Shown one piece after another: positions 1 through 7,496 of a stretch of 26,955 nt of DNA (position 1 is the first letter of the stretch; each line of letters begins with the position of its first letter). This stretch comes from a virus (taxonomy: Duplodnaviria > Caudoviricetes). The stretch is from the IMG/VR virus record IMGVR_UViG_3300033562_000275, positions 1 to 26,955 of that record; one strand, written 5' to 3'. The notes beneath the pieces are model-generated. The model did no database searches. It had not been told where the DNA came from and saw nothing but the letters and a program-made list of their open reading frames with translations. A program made the translations under genes and the position numbers.

Positions 1-96
1 AGGAAGAGAAGTATGAGATGGAAGGAGAAGAGGATGAGTAGTCGGAAGTGGGATGTTCCTACCTGCAACTCTACACCTCTTCTCATTCTCAATTTC

Positions 97-408
97 TTAA
101 CCAATAGCTTCACAATCAGTCTTTATTTCACCTCTAGCGGTCACTAAAACTTGCACTTTACTAGAAGTTCTATTAACCCCGTTAATCATAGTTACCACAC
201 TAATAGTCTTATTAATAGTAACCTCTATAACCTTACCTTTGAAGATCATAGTGTTAACTTTATTCAGATGTAGCTGTGTGTCACTAGTTTGAATCTCCAA
301 TTCATCATCAACTTTAAGATCTAAAGCGTCTGGATCGTCAATCATATGAGCAGTCTTTATGTCATCAGAGCCATAAAGTAGGTAATTTACCATAACAATC
401 TTATTCAT
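97..408 (-). CDS. small hypothetical protein, beta-rich; probable paralogue of 421..699
   Basis: 103 aa ATG ORF tightly packed with its neighbours; start context AGTTATG is shared with 421..699; both have an [FY]KG[KH]V..V motif. Confidence 0.75.
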   Translation of the reverse strand: MNKIVMVNYLLYGSDDIKTAHMIDDPDALDLKVDDELEIQTSDTQLHLNKVNTMIFKGKVIEVTINKTISVVTMINGVNRTSSKVQVLVTARGEIKTDCEAIG

Positions 409-420
409 AACTCTACTTGT

Positions 421-699
421 TTAAAGATTAACGAAATGACCATGACTAAGAATGCTCTTATAAACACTAGTATGATGTCCAAAGTTAGTTTTAACTTCAT
501 CTACAACCTTTTCAACACTAGTAACATGACCTTTATACTCAAAGCCTGCAATAGTGTTGTCTTTAGACCTAGTCTGCGTAATATAGACTGGATCACCATT
601 TTCAATAGGTTTAGTCCAATCACTAGTAACACTGTCAATTGTAATATCAACGTCTACATGAGCGTTAGTATCACCAATAAGTTTAAACTTTAAAATCAT
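421..699 (-). CDS. small hypothetical protein; probable paralogue of 97..408
   Basis: 92 aa ATG ORF with 11-12 nt gaps to neighbours; AGTTATG start context. Confidence 0.75.
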   Translation of the reverse strand: MILKFKLIGDTNAHVDVDITIDSVTSDWTKPIENGDPVYITQTRSKDNTIAGFEYKGHVTSVEKVVDEVKTNFGHHTSVYKSILSHGHFVNL

Positions 700-710
700 A
701 ACTGTAAGAG

Positions 711-938
711 TTAAATGTTGAGTGTATTTGTCACAGGTTTTTCATAGTTCTTTACTAAGAGTTTGAAGATTACTGCAACTGATACAAGCATCATTATAAA
801 AGCTACTTGGAGTAGACTCTTGTTGATTAAAGCTTGTAGTTCTTCATTGAATGCTATTAATGACAACATCAGTAATATTGTAATTGCTAATGTGTTTAGT
901 AGCCTTGATTGTACCTTAGACTTGCGCTGAATGGTCAT
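711..938 (-). CDS. small two-TM membrane protein (start reassigned to ATG 938, MTIQRKSK)
   Basis: Basic N-terminus followed by two hydrophobic segments (LAITILLMLSLIAF; VAFIMMLVSVAVIF); in-frame ATG at 938. Confidence 0.65.
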   Translation of the reverse strand: MTIQRKSKVQSRLLNTLAITILLMLSLIAFNEELQALINKSLLQVAFIMMLVSVAVIFKLLVKNYEKPVTNTLNI

Positions 939-977
939 TGGTGGAAAGTATTGTGTAATATAGATTTGTATCAATTA

Positions 978-1003
978 AAGGATGAGCCTTTCGGCTATTC
1001 CTT
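978..1003 (-). terminator. candidate intrinsic terminator/stem-loop with GAAA loop
   Basis: Minus strand AAGGAATAGCC-GAAA-GGCTCATCCTT, then TAATT, at the stop of the 1002 ORF. Confidence 0.5.
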
Positions 1004-1196
1004 ATTGACATTTGTTTTCGATCTTGATTGTTATCCATACCCAAGAGGCTGCGAGTAACTCAACAACACCTACTAGATAGATTGCAACATCTTTACCAAC
1101 TAAGGTCTTTAGTTCGCTAAAGTTTAATAACATTAGTATCATTATTACTAATAATACTAGTAACACAGGAAAACCTAACCTTTTATTTTCAAACAT
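1002..1196 (-). CDS. small two-TM membrane protein (start probably ATG 1196 or 1208); probable paralogue of 711..938
   Basis: Two hydrophobic helices flanking FSELKTLVGK (compare FNEELQALINK); the track's GTG at 1232 lies inside a hairpin. Confidence 0.65.
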   Translation of the reverse strand: MFENKRLGFPVLLVLLVIMILMLLNFSELKTLVGKDVAIYLVGVVELLAASWVWITIKIENKCQ

Positions 1197-1218
1197 GATT
1201 GACAACATCAACAGGTTA

Positions 1219-1237
1219 AAGGGGAATTTCACCCCTT
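1219..1237 (-). terminator. candidate stem-loop/terminator downstream of the 1264 gene
   Basis: Minus strand AAGGGG-TGAAATT-CCCCTT, with only a short T tail. Confidence 0.4.
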
Positions 1238-1263
1238 CAATTCTTATCTACAATAAGGGCAAG

Positions 1264-1923
1264 TTAGTTAGCAGGTTCGTAGCCAACTGGAAGTTCAAAG
1301 GCTTTAGCAAAACCAGTTTCAGTTTTATATAGCTCACCTTCAATGAGCAAAGCACGAGCCGTAGCCATTGGCATAAAATCGGCGCTAGTAGCAACGATCT
1401 TAATAACACCTTCACTTGGATCGATAAACCTTGCGCCAGTCATTCCAGGGACATAATCCATAAGATAAGAATGGCTAACAGGCACAAAATTAGCTAGGTT
1501 AACCATAACAATAGACCCAATTTCTTTGTCTGTTTGGCTAACAAGTCTAGCAGTTCTTAACTGTTTCATTTCCTCACCAAGCGCATTAATAGTCTTAACA
1601 CGATACTGAAGTTTAACCTTAAAGGTACTTTCCGAACCAGTGTAAGCATTACCTTTGGTTTCTCTACTTTCAAGAACAACAGCAACCATGTCAGTCTTTA
1701 GAACTTTAACACCTTTGGTTATAGCATTAAAGTATGCACGAGTACCAATTTCCAAACCTGTAACATCGTTAACAATTGGATCATTAGATGCTGCTGGTGT
1801 TGGATCAACATCGTTAACAATTGGATCAACATTGTTTACACCTGTTACAGTCTCAACATTACCAGTTAAACCGTTTTCAATAACATCTCCAACTTGTGGA
1901 GCGTTTGCGCCTTCTTTAGCCAT
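1264..1923 (-). CDS. hypothetical protein, about 219 aa, first gene of the leftward unit (true start MAKEGANAPQVG)
   Basis: ATG at 1923 preceded by A-rich AAAAACAAAAGAA; the longer track ORF (to 2199) only adds a low-complexity I/M/V/K translation of the skewed intergenic tract. Confidence 0.8.
   Translation of the reverse strand: MAKEGANAPQVGDVIENGLTGNVETVTGVNNVDPIVNDVDPTPAASNDPIVNDVTGLEIGTRAYFNAITKGVKVLKTDMVAVVLESRETKGNAYTGSESTFKVKLQYRVKTINALGEEMKQLRTARLVSQTDKEIGSIVMVNLANFVPVSHSYLMDYVPGMTGARFIDPSEGVIKIVATSADFMPMATARALLIEGELYKTETGFAKAFELPVGYEPAN
1762..1828. repeat. 22 bp direct repeat AACATCGTTAACAATTGGATCA x2 (encodes DPIVNDV)
   Basis: Exact copies at 1762-1783 and 1807-1828, 45 bp apart and in frame. 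Confidence 0.9.
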
Positions 1924-2561
1924 TTCTTTTGTTTTTAGAGTTCGATTAATTCTAAGTTGAATATCCAAATTAAATGTAATGGGGGTATTCAATCTATCAA
2001 CATAAGGTAGGGGGTTATGGTCAGCTGGTTCACGATCACCTTTACCGACTATTAAAATTTTTATTATTTTAATTTTCATCTTAACTTTGATCATCAATAC
2101 TTCTAAACCATCATTCTCCAAGATCATTACAATCTCATCCATCTTCACAACATCTATATTAATCATTACAATCATTACAAAATCACCTTTGCTGAACATC
2201 TATATTAGATATTTAATCATTGATAATAGCATTATGATTAACAGTTATCTATATTTCACCAGTGGTTTAAAGATCATCTTCAACTCTATAATCATCTACA
2301 TTAGAAGCTTTAACAGTCTTATGATAATCAGTAAAATCATTAGTTAGCAAATTAACAGTAATTAGAGGTTTATCTATTAGATAATTAGCGCTAACAAGTT
2401 CCATTATATAATTAGCTAAATTGAGCACATTGGCATTATTATAAACAGAGTGTTAAGATCAAGATGGAAAAGTATAGGCATAACAATGCTAGATCGTATA
2501 TAATAAACTCTATTAAGTCTATCTACGATTGTTGGTAAATGAAGCACATAATGCTTATTGG

Positions 2562-2697
2562 CAGATTCCCCCGTAGTAAGGAGGAATGAAGCTAGTTGAT
2601 GTTTACTATCATTAGCAACATTATTGATAACTTTAGGAGTATCTTTAATGACAATAGAAGCATCGGCAATCATCTCCCTCTTCACTACGGGGGAATC
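2562..2697. repeat. imperfect long inverted repeat with perfect 14 bp ends GATTCCCCCGTAGT / ACTACGGGGGAATC
   Basis: 2564-2577 is the exact reverse complement of 2684-2697; pairing continues inward (ATGA/TCAT, GTTGATGTTT/AAGCATCGGC with G-U, TCATTA/TAATGA). Confidence 0.85.
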
Positions 2698-2764
2698 AAG
2701 GATTGACATTAGCAGCACTTCTAGCATTATTTAGAAACCTAAAAACTTTAAGAAGACCTTTAAG

Positions 2765-2806
2765 AAGTCTATCTAAATGTTTAACAAGCCTATCTAAATA
2801 TTTAAG
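2765..2806. repeat. 21 bp tandem repeat (AAGYCTATCTAAATRTTTAAS x2); core AAGTCTATCT also at 2515 and 2972
   Basis: 18/21 identity between units; exact core copies at 2515-2524, 2765-2774 and 2972-2981. Confidence 0.75.
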
Positions 2807-3050
2807 ATTATTAGATACATTGGAAAGAAAATCTTCAGTTCTTATAGTAACAACGTTCGCAAGAACTTTGATAAGATGTTTAGTAAAAAGTTTAATAAAA
2901 TTAGATAGATCGACATTAACCAAAACAACCTTTGCAACATTATTAGCAATTCGACCGTTATTAATAACATCAAGTCTATCTCTAATAGTCACAAGGTTTC
3001 GAGGGTTATAATAATTCCAAGTAGTATTACTAGCAGTATTGTTTATATTA

Positions 3051-3079
3051 TTATAAATAACTCTTCGAGTTATTTATAA
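3051..3079. promoter_or_regulatory. perfect 13 bp palindrome with 3 nt loop
   Basis: TTATAAATAACTC-TTC-GAGTTATTTATAA; the minus-strand loop is C-GAA-G; a regulatory role is inferred. Confidence 0.55.
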
Positions 3080-3310
3080 AAGTCGATACACCTATATATA
3101 GTATTATATACCTTGTATATTTTTTATTCGGATTAGACAAATCTGTTAACGTTAATTAACACTTGTGGTTTATAGTGAAAATTTAACACTTGTTAACAGA
3201 GAATAGTATCTCGACTATTAGCACTATCTCGAATAATATTTGTATCATTATACCGTTGACAGCGAAGGGCTGTTTTTAGAACTATTAGAAACCGTTAAAG
3301 AAATAATGTC

Positions 3311-4021
3311 ATGATTGAAGAAACTGCTAATGTTGAAAATGGTGATTTAGATGCTACTGTAGCAACTCCAAAATTGATTCTACTTGGTAGTAATAAGGTT
3401 GATGAGTATAATGAAGCTGAGTTTAAAGCTTTCATTGCTAGTAGATGTAACAACGTTTATCCTATTGAATTTAATGTTCCTGCCGATATTCAACAGATGG
3501 CTAAAGAACTTATGGATTCGAATAATAGTGAAAACAAACCTGCTACATTGGTTAACCATTTACCTCTAAGAGATAAAGTTTTACTGTTGGGACATGTTTT
3601 CATTAGTGCTTTTGATCTTGTTACCGTTAACCTTAGTAAAGCTTTTGACGAGGTGTTTTCAAAAGCTGGTGCAACCGCTGGTAAACGTAATACTCCATCT
3701 ATCATTTTCAAAGTGGTTGGCTTAGGTTGGACTGGTCAAGATTTAAAACTTGGAGATGACGTGGACATTCTACGTACTATGGGACTTGGTGTTAAAAACT
3801 ATGTTTACGGTACTGACAATGTAGAAGAAATTGTTAAGAACTTCTCTAAGATCAACCGTAATCTTGTAAGAGCTGCTAGTGTAAATGATAGCCGCAGTCT
3901 AGTTGGGGTTGATATGAAAGACATCAAAAGTGACTTTAACAAAGGTACTGATGTTATTCGTTTACAGTTTATTTTCGTTACTGATTTGGATAATATCCAA
4001 GGTACTTTTAAACTAGCTTAA
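3311..4021 (+). CDS. divergent GroES/Cpn10-like co-chaperonin with extensions
   Basis: LPLRDKVLL resembles GroES IRPLHDRVIV; KVVGLG...DLKLGDDV resembles EVLAVG...DVKVGDIV; C-terminal FIFVTDLDNIQG resembles LIMSESDILA. Confidence 0.5.
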   Translation: MIEETANVENGDLDATVATPKLILLGSNKVDEYNEAEFKAFIASRCNNVYPIEFNVPADIQQMAKELMDSNNSENKPATLVNHLPLRDKVLLLGHVFISAFDLVTVNLSKAFDEVFSKAGATAGKRNTPSIIFKVVGLGWTGQDLKLGDDVDILRTMGLGVKNYVYGTDNVEEIVKNFSKINRNLVRAASVNDSRSLVGVDMKDIKSDFNKGTDVIRLQFIFVTDLDNIQGTFKLA

Positions 4022-4022
4022 C

Positions 4023-4460
4023 ATGGATGATACTCTGTTTCCAAAGCTATTGGGTACAGATGCTATAGGTAAAAGAACTGTCGGGATCGTAAATGAAGAG
4101 TGCGGTCTCGACCTACCTATAGGTATCATAACTCATCTACTAGATGGTAGAACTATTAGCATTGATAAGGCTATTGAATCTGGTAAGAATATTAATCTTA
4201 TGTATCTAGGTACTATTTATAAAAACCTTGATACGGTTAACGTTCGTAAGATTCGTAAAGAAATTGAAGATAAGGTTGCCAAGTGTGGTGAAAATGATGA
4301 AGGTTGGCTAAATAGACGTGAAATATCTACTAAGACTAAAGAGATATATAAAGATCTTACTGTTAAAGGTATATTACTTAAACGCACTAAGATTACTAAT
4401 CGTAAATTAGCTATACCTCTTAAAGGTAAGAACTTTAAAATACTCGATAGCAATGGTTGA
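4023..4460 (+). CDS. HU/IHF-like basic DNA-binding protein (putative)
   Basis: AIESGKNINLMYLGTI resembles the HU motif L..G..V.L.GFGTF; Lys/Arg-rich C-terminus; IHF-like genes are known in crAss-like phages. Confidence 0.4.
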   Translation: MDDTLFPKLLGTDAIGKRTVGIVNEECGLDLPIGIITHLLDGRTISIDKAIESGKNINLMYLGTIYKNLDTVNVRKIRKEIEDKVAKCGENDEGWLNRREISTKTKEIYKDLTVKGILLKRTKITNRKLAIPLKGKNFKILDSNG

Positions 4461-5073
4461 TGATCTACTGGAAATAAAGGATGGAGAGGTTACTATCAAT
4501 AGAGCTAGTATCCTTTTTACAAAGACTGTTAGAGATATAATGAAACGTGATCGTGGAGGAACATTTAAAGGTGATACAGAAGGTAGACAAAAAGAACTCG
4601 GGCGTAGGGAAGTTGGATATGGTTGGTGGGTTGTTAATATTAACAGTCCTGGCGTTACTGGAGGTTATGAGAAAGAAGAACTTCTAAGACATGCAATAGA
4701 TAATCTTAATTTACCTGATACTTGGAAGCCTGACGCTCTAGTTCTAAAATGGGTTGAAGAGTATAGAGCCTATCATGAAGGTTCGGCTACTGTTAGAGCT
4801 ATTAAGAATCTTATTCAAGGGTTTGTTAATATGGATAGCATTAATGAAAAGTTAATGGAATCTATAAAGATTAAGATTGGTGCTAGTACTACTGAAGAGA
4901 TAAGTACTTTAATCAATCTTCAAAAAACTCTTATGGGTCAGGTTGCTGATATGCCTAAGATGGTTAAAGATTTAAACACTCTTTATGTTGAAGCTAGGAG
5001 AGTTGAAAAGAATACTACTCTTGGTAAAGGTAATGTTACAATCACTTCTAGTATGGAACCTGATATTGATTAA
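4453..5073 (+). CDS. conserved crAss-like hypothetical protein (possible terminase small subunit)
   Basis: RD...E..Y and LPDTWKPDALV motifs followed by a coiled-coil C-terminus; recalled as a family found upstream of TerL in crAss-like phages; the TerS role is inference. Confidence 0.45.
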   Translation: MVDDLLEIKDGEVTINRASILFTKTVRDIMKRDRGGTFKGDTEGRQKELGRREVGYGWWVVNINSPGVTGGYEKEELLRHAIDNLNLPDTWKPDALVLKWVEEYRAYHEGSATVRAIKNLIQGFVNMDSINEKLMESIKIKIGASTTEEISTLINLQKTLMGQVADMPKMVKDLNTLYVEARRVEKNTTLGKGNVTITSSMEPDID

Positions 5074-5076
5074 CCA

Positions 5077-5373
5077 ATGCATGATGTTGAACCTAGATTA
5101 CTGACTATTAAAGATGTTGAGAATATGAAAAAACGAACTGAGGTAGAATCGAATTACTGCGTAGGATGTGGCAAATTTGAACCCGTTTACAAATACGGTG
5201 GGAATGGTCAACCGTACTGCAAACGTTGCGCAGAATCGCCCACAGGCAAGCCACAGGTGCCACGTTCAGTTGGCTATAAGTACAGCCGAAACGAACCCTG
5301 CTTTTGTGGCTCGGGTAAGAAGTTCAAAAATTGTTGTTTAGATAAAGTTAATAGTACTAATTCGGAGGATTAA
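5077..5373 (+). CDS. SEC-C motif zinc-binding protein with additional CxxC...CxxC finger
   Basis: RNEPCFCGSGKKFKNCC is a canonical SEC-C motif; CVGC and CKRC lie upstream. Confidence 0.85.
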   Translation: MHDVEPRLLTIKDVENMKKRTEVESNYCVGCGKFEPVYKYGGNGQPYCKRCAESPTGKPQVPRSVGYKYSRNEPCFCGSGKKFKNCCLDKVNSTNSED

Positions 5374-5376
5374 GAT

Positions 5377-6129
5377 ATGAGTAGTTTTATTGAAGATGCT
5401 GTTAAGCAATTTAATGATGAAAATGGAGAAGATAAAATATTAGCACTTATAGTTGGAGATATTGCTAATGGTAAGATTGATAAACTTGAATACGATGAAA
5501 ATTTAAAAACTACTGTTGTTGAAATGACAGAACCTGTTAAAGATTGTAAACGTGATACTAGTGGAATCCATATTCGTATTTTTGAACAGCTTATAAATAA
5601 AGAAGATCGCAGTGATAAATCTATTGATAACATATTTGAAAATGTTATAGATGTTAATGTTATGAAAGAACTTGAGGATTACAAGAATACGGTTATTACT
5701 AGTAGTACAGAATTAGATAAATTATCAAACGTAGACTTTAATAAACTTTTGAGTAGACGACCTATTGTAGAAGGTAATACACCTAATCCTGTTATAAACT
5801 ATGTTGTAAATACTGAAAAGATTAGTTTAGTTGATCATCTTATTAACAATTGTGGGGTATGTGAAATTGAAGCTAAAGACGTTACTTTAGCAGAATATGC
5901 TAAAAATAATAGTCTATTACCATTAATTGTAACTGGTGAAGATAATAAAGATATTAGGTGTATAACATGTACTTCTATATCTGGTGGTACAGATTCTACA
6001 GAAGGTATGCCTAATAAAATTACATTGGAACTATTTGATATTAATGGTGTGCGTATAACAGGTAGTTATATGCTAGCTACTAAAGACAATCGTATATTGG
6101 ATCTTTACGGTTGTGAAATAAAACCTTAA
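5377..6129 (+). CDS. hypothetical protein (250 aa, acidic)
   Basis: Long ORF with 3 nt gaps to both neighbours and the window's T/A-ending codon bias. Confidence 0.75.
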   Translation: MSSFIEDAVKQFNDENGEDKILALIVGDIANGKIDKLEYDENLKTTVVEMTEPVKDCKRDTSGIHIRIFEQLINKEDRSDKSIDNIFENVIDVNVMKELEDYKNTVITSSTELDKLSNVDFNKLLSRRPIVEGNTPNPVINYVVNTEKISLVDHLINNCGVCEIEAKDVTLAEYAKNNSLLPLIVTGEDNKDIRCITCTSISGGTDSTEGMPNKITLELFDINGVRITGSYMLATKDNRILDLYGCEIKP

Positions 6130-6132
6130 ACG

Positions 6133-6483
6133 ATGGATTATAACCGTGACATTAGACGTAAAGTTTTAGACGAACTTACTAAACTTTTAAGGAGTGAACG
6201 GGAACCTATACTTCTTACTAGCGATAGTGTTCAGGCTTTTGAGAAATTATATAGTGACAATAGACTTGATTCTATTAAATTCTCAGAGAAAGTCGATAAG
6301 ATTCAAGATATTATTTATAGTAATCCTAAAGTTTTTAGAAGACTTGCTAACGCCAGTGATGAAACTATTAGTGAGATTTGCAAGTATTATCTAACTCAAG
6401 CTTGTCTAAGATATGATGATCCTAAAGAAGGTGTTGTTACAATAGTTAAACAAAACCTATTGGAACTACCACAAACAATTTAA
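6133..6483 (+). CDS. hypothetical protein (116 aa)
   Basis: ATG ORF tightly packed in the operon. Confidence 0.75.
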   Translation: MDYNRDIRRKVLDELTKLLRSEREPILLTSDSVQAFEKLYSDNRLDSIKFSEKVDKIQDIIYSNPKVFRRLANASDETISEICKYYLTQACLRYDDPKEGVVTIVKQNLLELPQTI

Positions 6484-6488
6484 TTACT

Positions 6489-7496
6489 ATGACTAATTTC
6501 GAGCTTCCTTTTGAGAAAAGACTTCTATACTTTGAAGTTGAAGGTCATAGATACACAGATGATCGTAAGTGTGTCTATACTTCAACTACTACAATTATAC
6601 ATCATCACGTTCCGGCTTATGAGACTAAAAGCGAAGCTCGTAGATTATCTAAACAAGGTACTGGTATCTATAGAGGTAAAAGTGCTAAACAGATTGAAGC
6701 AATGTGGACTAATGTTACTAGTTCCGCTTGTGAAAAAGGTACTGGTAAACACGATGGTTTAGAGCAAAGTGTTAAGACTGTTAGTAAGTTTACCAACGCT
6801 GTTAAATACCTGCATGTTGAGAATAACGACAATAGACTTTACACTATTGATGACATACTTGATATTTCAGGTGTTTACAAATATACTTTTAATCTTGTAG
6901 AATTTTATGATAAAATAGGTAAACGTTATCCTATTATCTATAAGACTATTAAATGGTATGTTGACAATGGTTATGAGATATATGCTGAGGTAGGAGTTTA
7001 CGATCCTAACAGTCTTATTTCAGGTATGATAGATTTACTGGCTATTCATAAAGGTCGTAAATCGTTTTGTATCATTGACTGGAAAACTAATAAAGATGAT
7101 ATTCAATTTAAGGCTGGTTACTATAAGAGAGATAGTGATACCCAAAGTACTAAAGAATGGGTTGACAGTAATAAACGTTTGCTATTTCCTTTAGATAACC
7201 TTGCTAATTGTAACGGTATTATCTATACTCTTCAACTTTCTATATATGCACATATGCTTATTATTAGAGGTTGGTCATTTGATGGTTGTATTCTATTTCA
7301 TATTAGAGATCAGTTTATACTTAATAAGTATGGTACACCTCTAAAAGGTAATGATGGTATGTACACCATTGATACTCGTAAGCCTGAGACTGTTGAATAT
7401 TATATGATTTCTTATCTTGATCAAGATGTTAAAAGGCTCTTTGCTAATCATGTTAAACACAATCTACAGAATGAGAACTTTAAACTTAACTTCTAA
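6489..7496 (+). CDS. PD-(D/E)XK (RecB/Cas4-like fold) nuclease typical of crAss-like phages
   Basis: GTGKH..LE, AEVGV, ISGMIDLL, IIDWKTNK and YTLQLSIYA motifs. Confidence 0.85.
   Translation: MTNFELPFEKRLLYFEVEGHRYTDDRKCVYTSTTTIIHHHVPAYETKSEARRLSKQGTGIYRGKSAKQIEAMWTNVTSSACEKGTGKHDGLEQSVKTVSKFTNAVKYLHVENNDNRLYTIDDILDISGVYKYTFNLVEFYDKIGKRYPIIYKTIKWYVDNGYEIYAEVGVYDPNSLISGMIDLLAIHKGRKSFCIIDWKTNKDDIQFKAGYYKRDSDTQSTKEWVDSNKRLLFPLDNLANCNGIIYTLQLSIYAHMLIIRGWSFDGCILFHIRDQFILNKYGTPLKGNDGMYTIDTRKPETVEYYMISYLDQDVKRLFANHVKHNLQNENFKLNF

Larger units (their letters stand above)
1924..3310. other. large probably non-coding region between divergent transcription units (candidate origin, genome end or promoter region)
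   Basis: Coding strand switches here; only low-complexity overlapping ORFs; many short repeats and palindromes. Confidence 0.65.

Noticed and set aside
1924-2199. N-terminal 92 aa of track ORF 1264..2199
   Set aside because: Largely a low-complexity translation of the G-free skewed tract; better start context at ATG 1923
2087-3011. Track ORFs 2087..2347, 2416..2727, 2696..2992 and 2703..3011
   Set aside because: Overlapping on both strands, low complexity and without recognisable motifs; better explained by repeats, though not formally excluded
1924-3310. CRISPR array or tRNA in the intergenic region
   Set aside because: No regularly spaced 25-45 bp repeats with unique spacers, and no cloverleaf or T-loop signature seen
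6489-7496. Cas4/CRISPR system
   Set aside because: PD-(D/E)XK motifs only; no C-terminal Fe-S cysteine cluster, no other cas genes and no array
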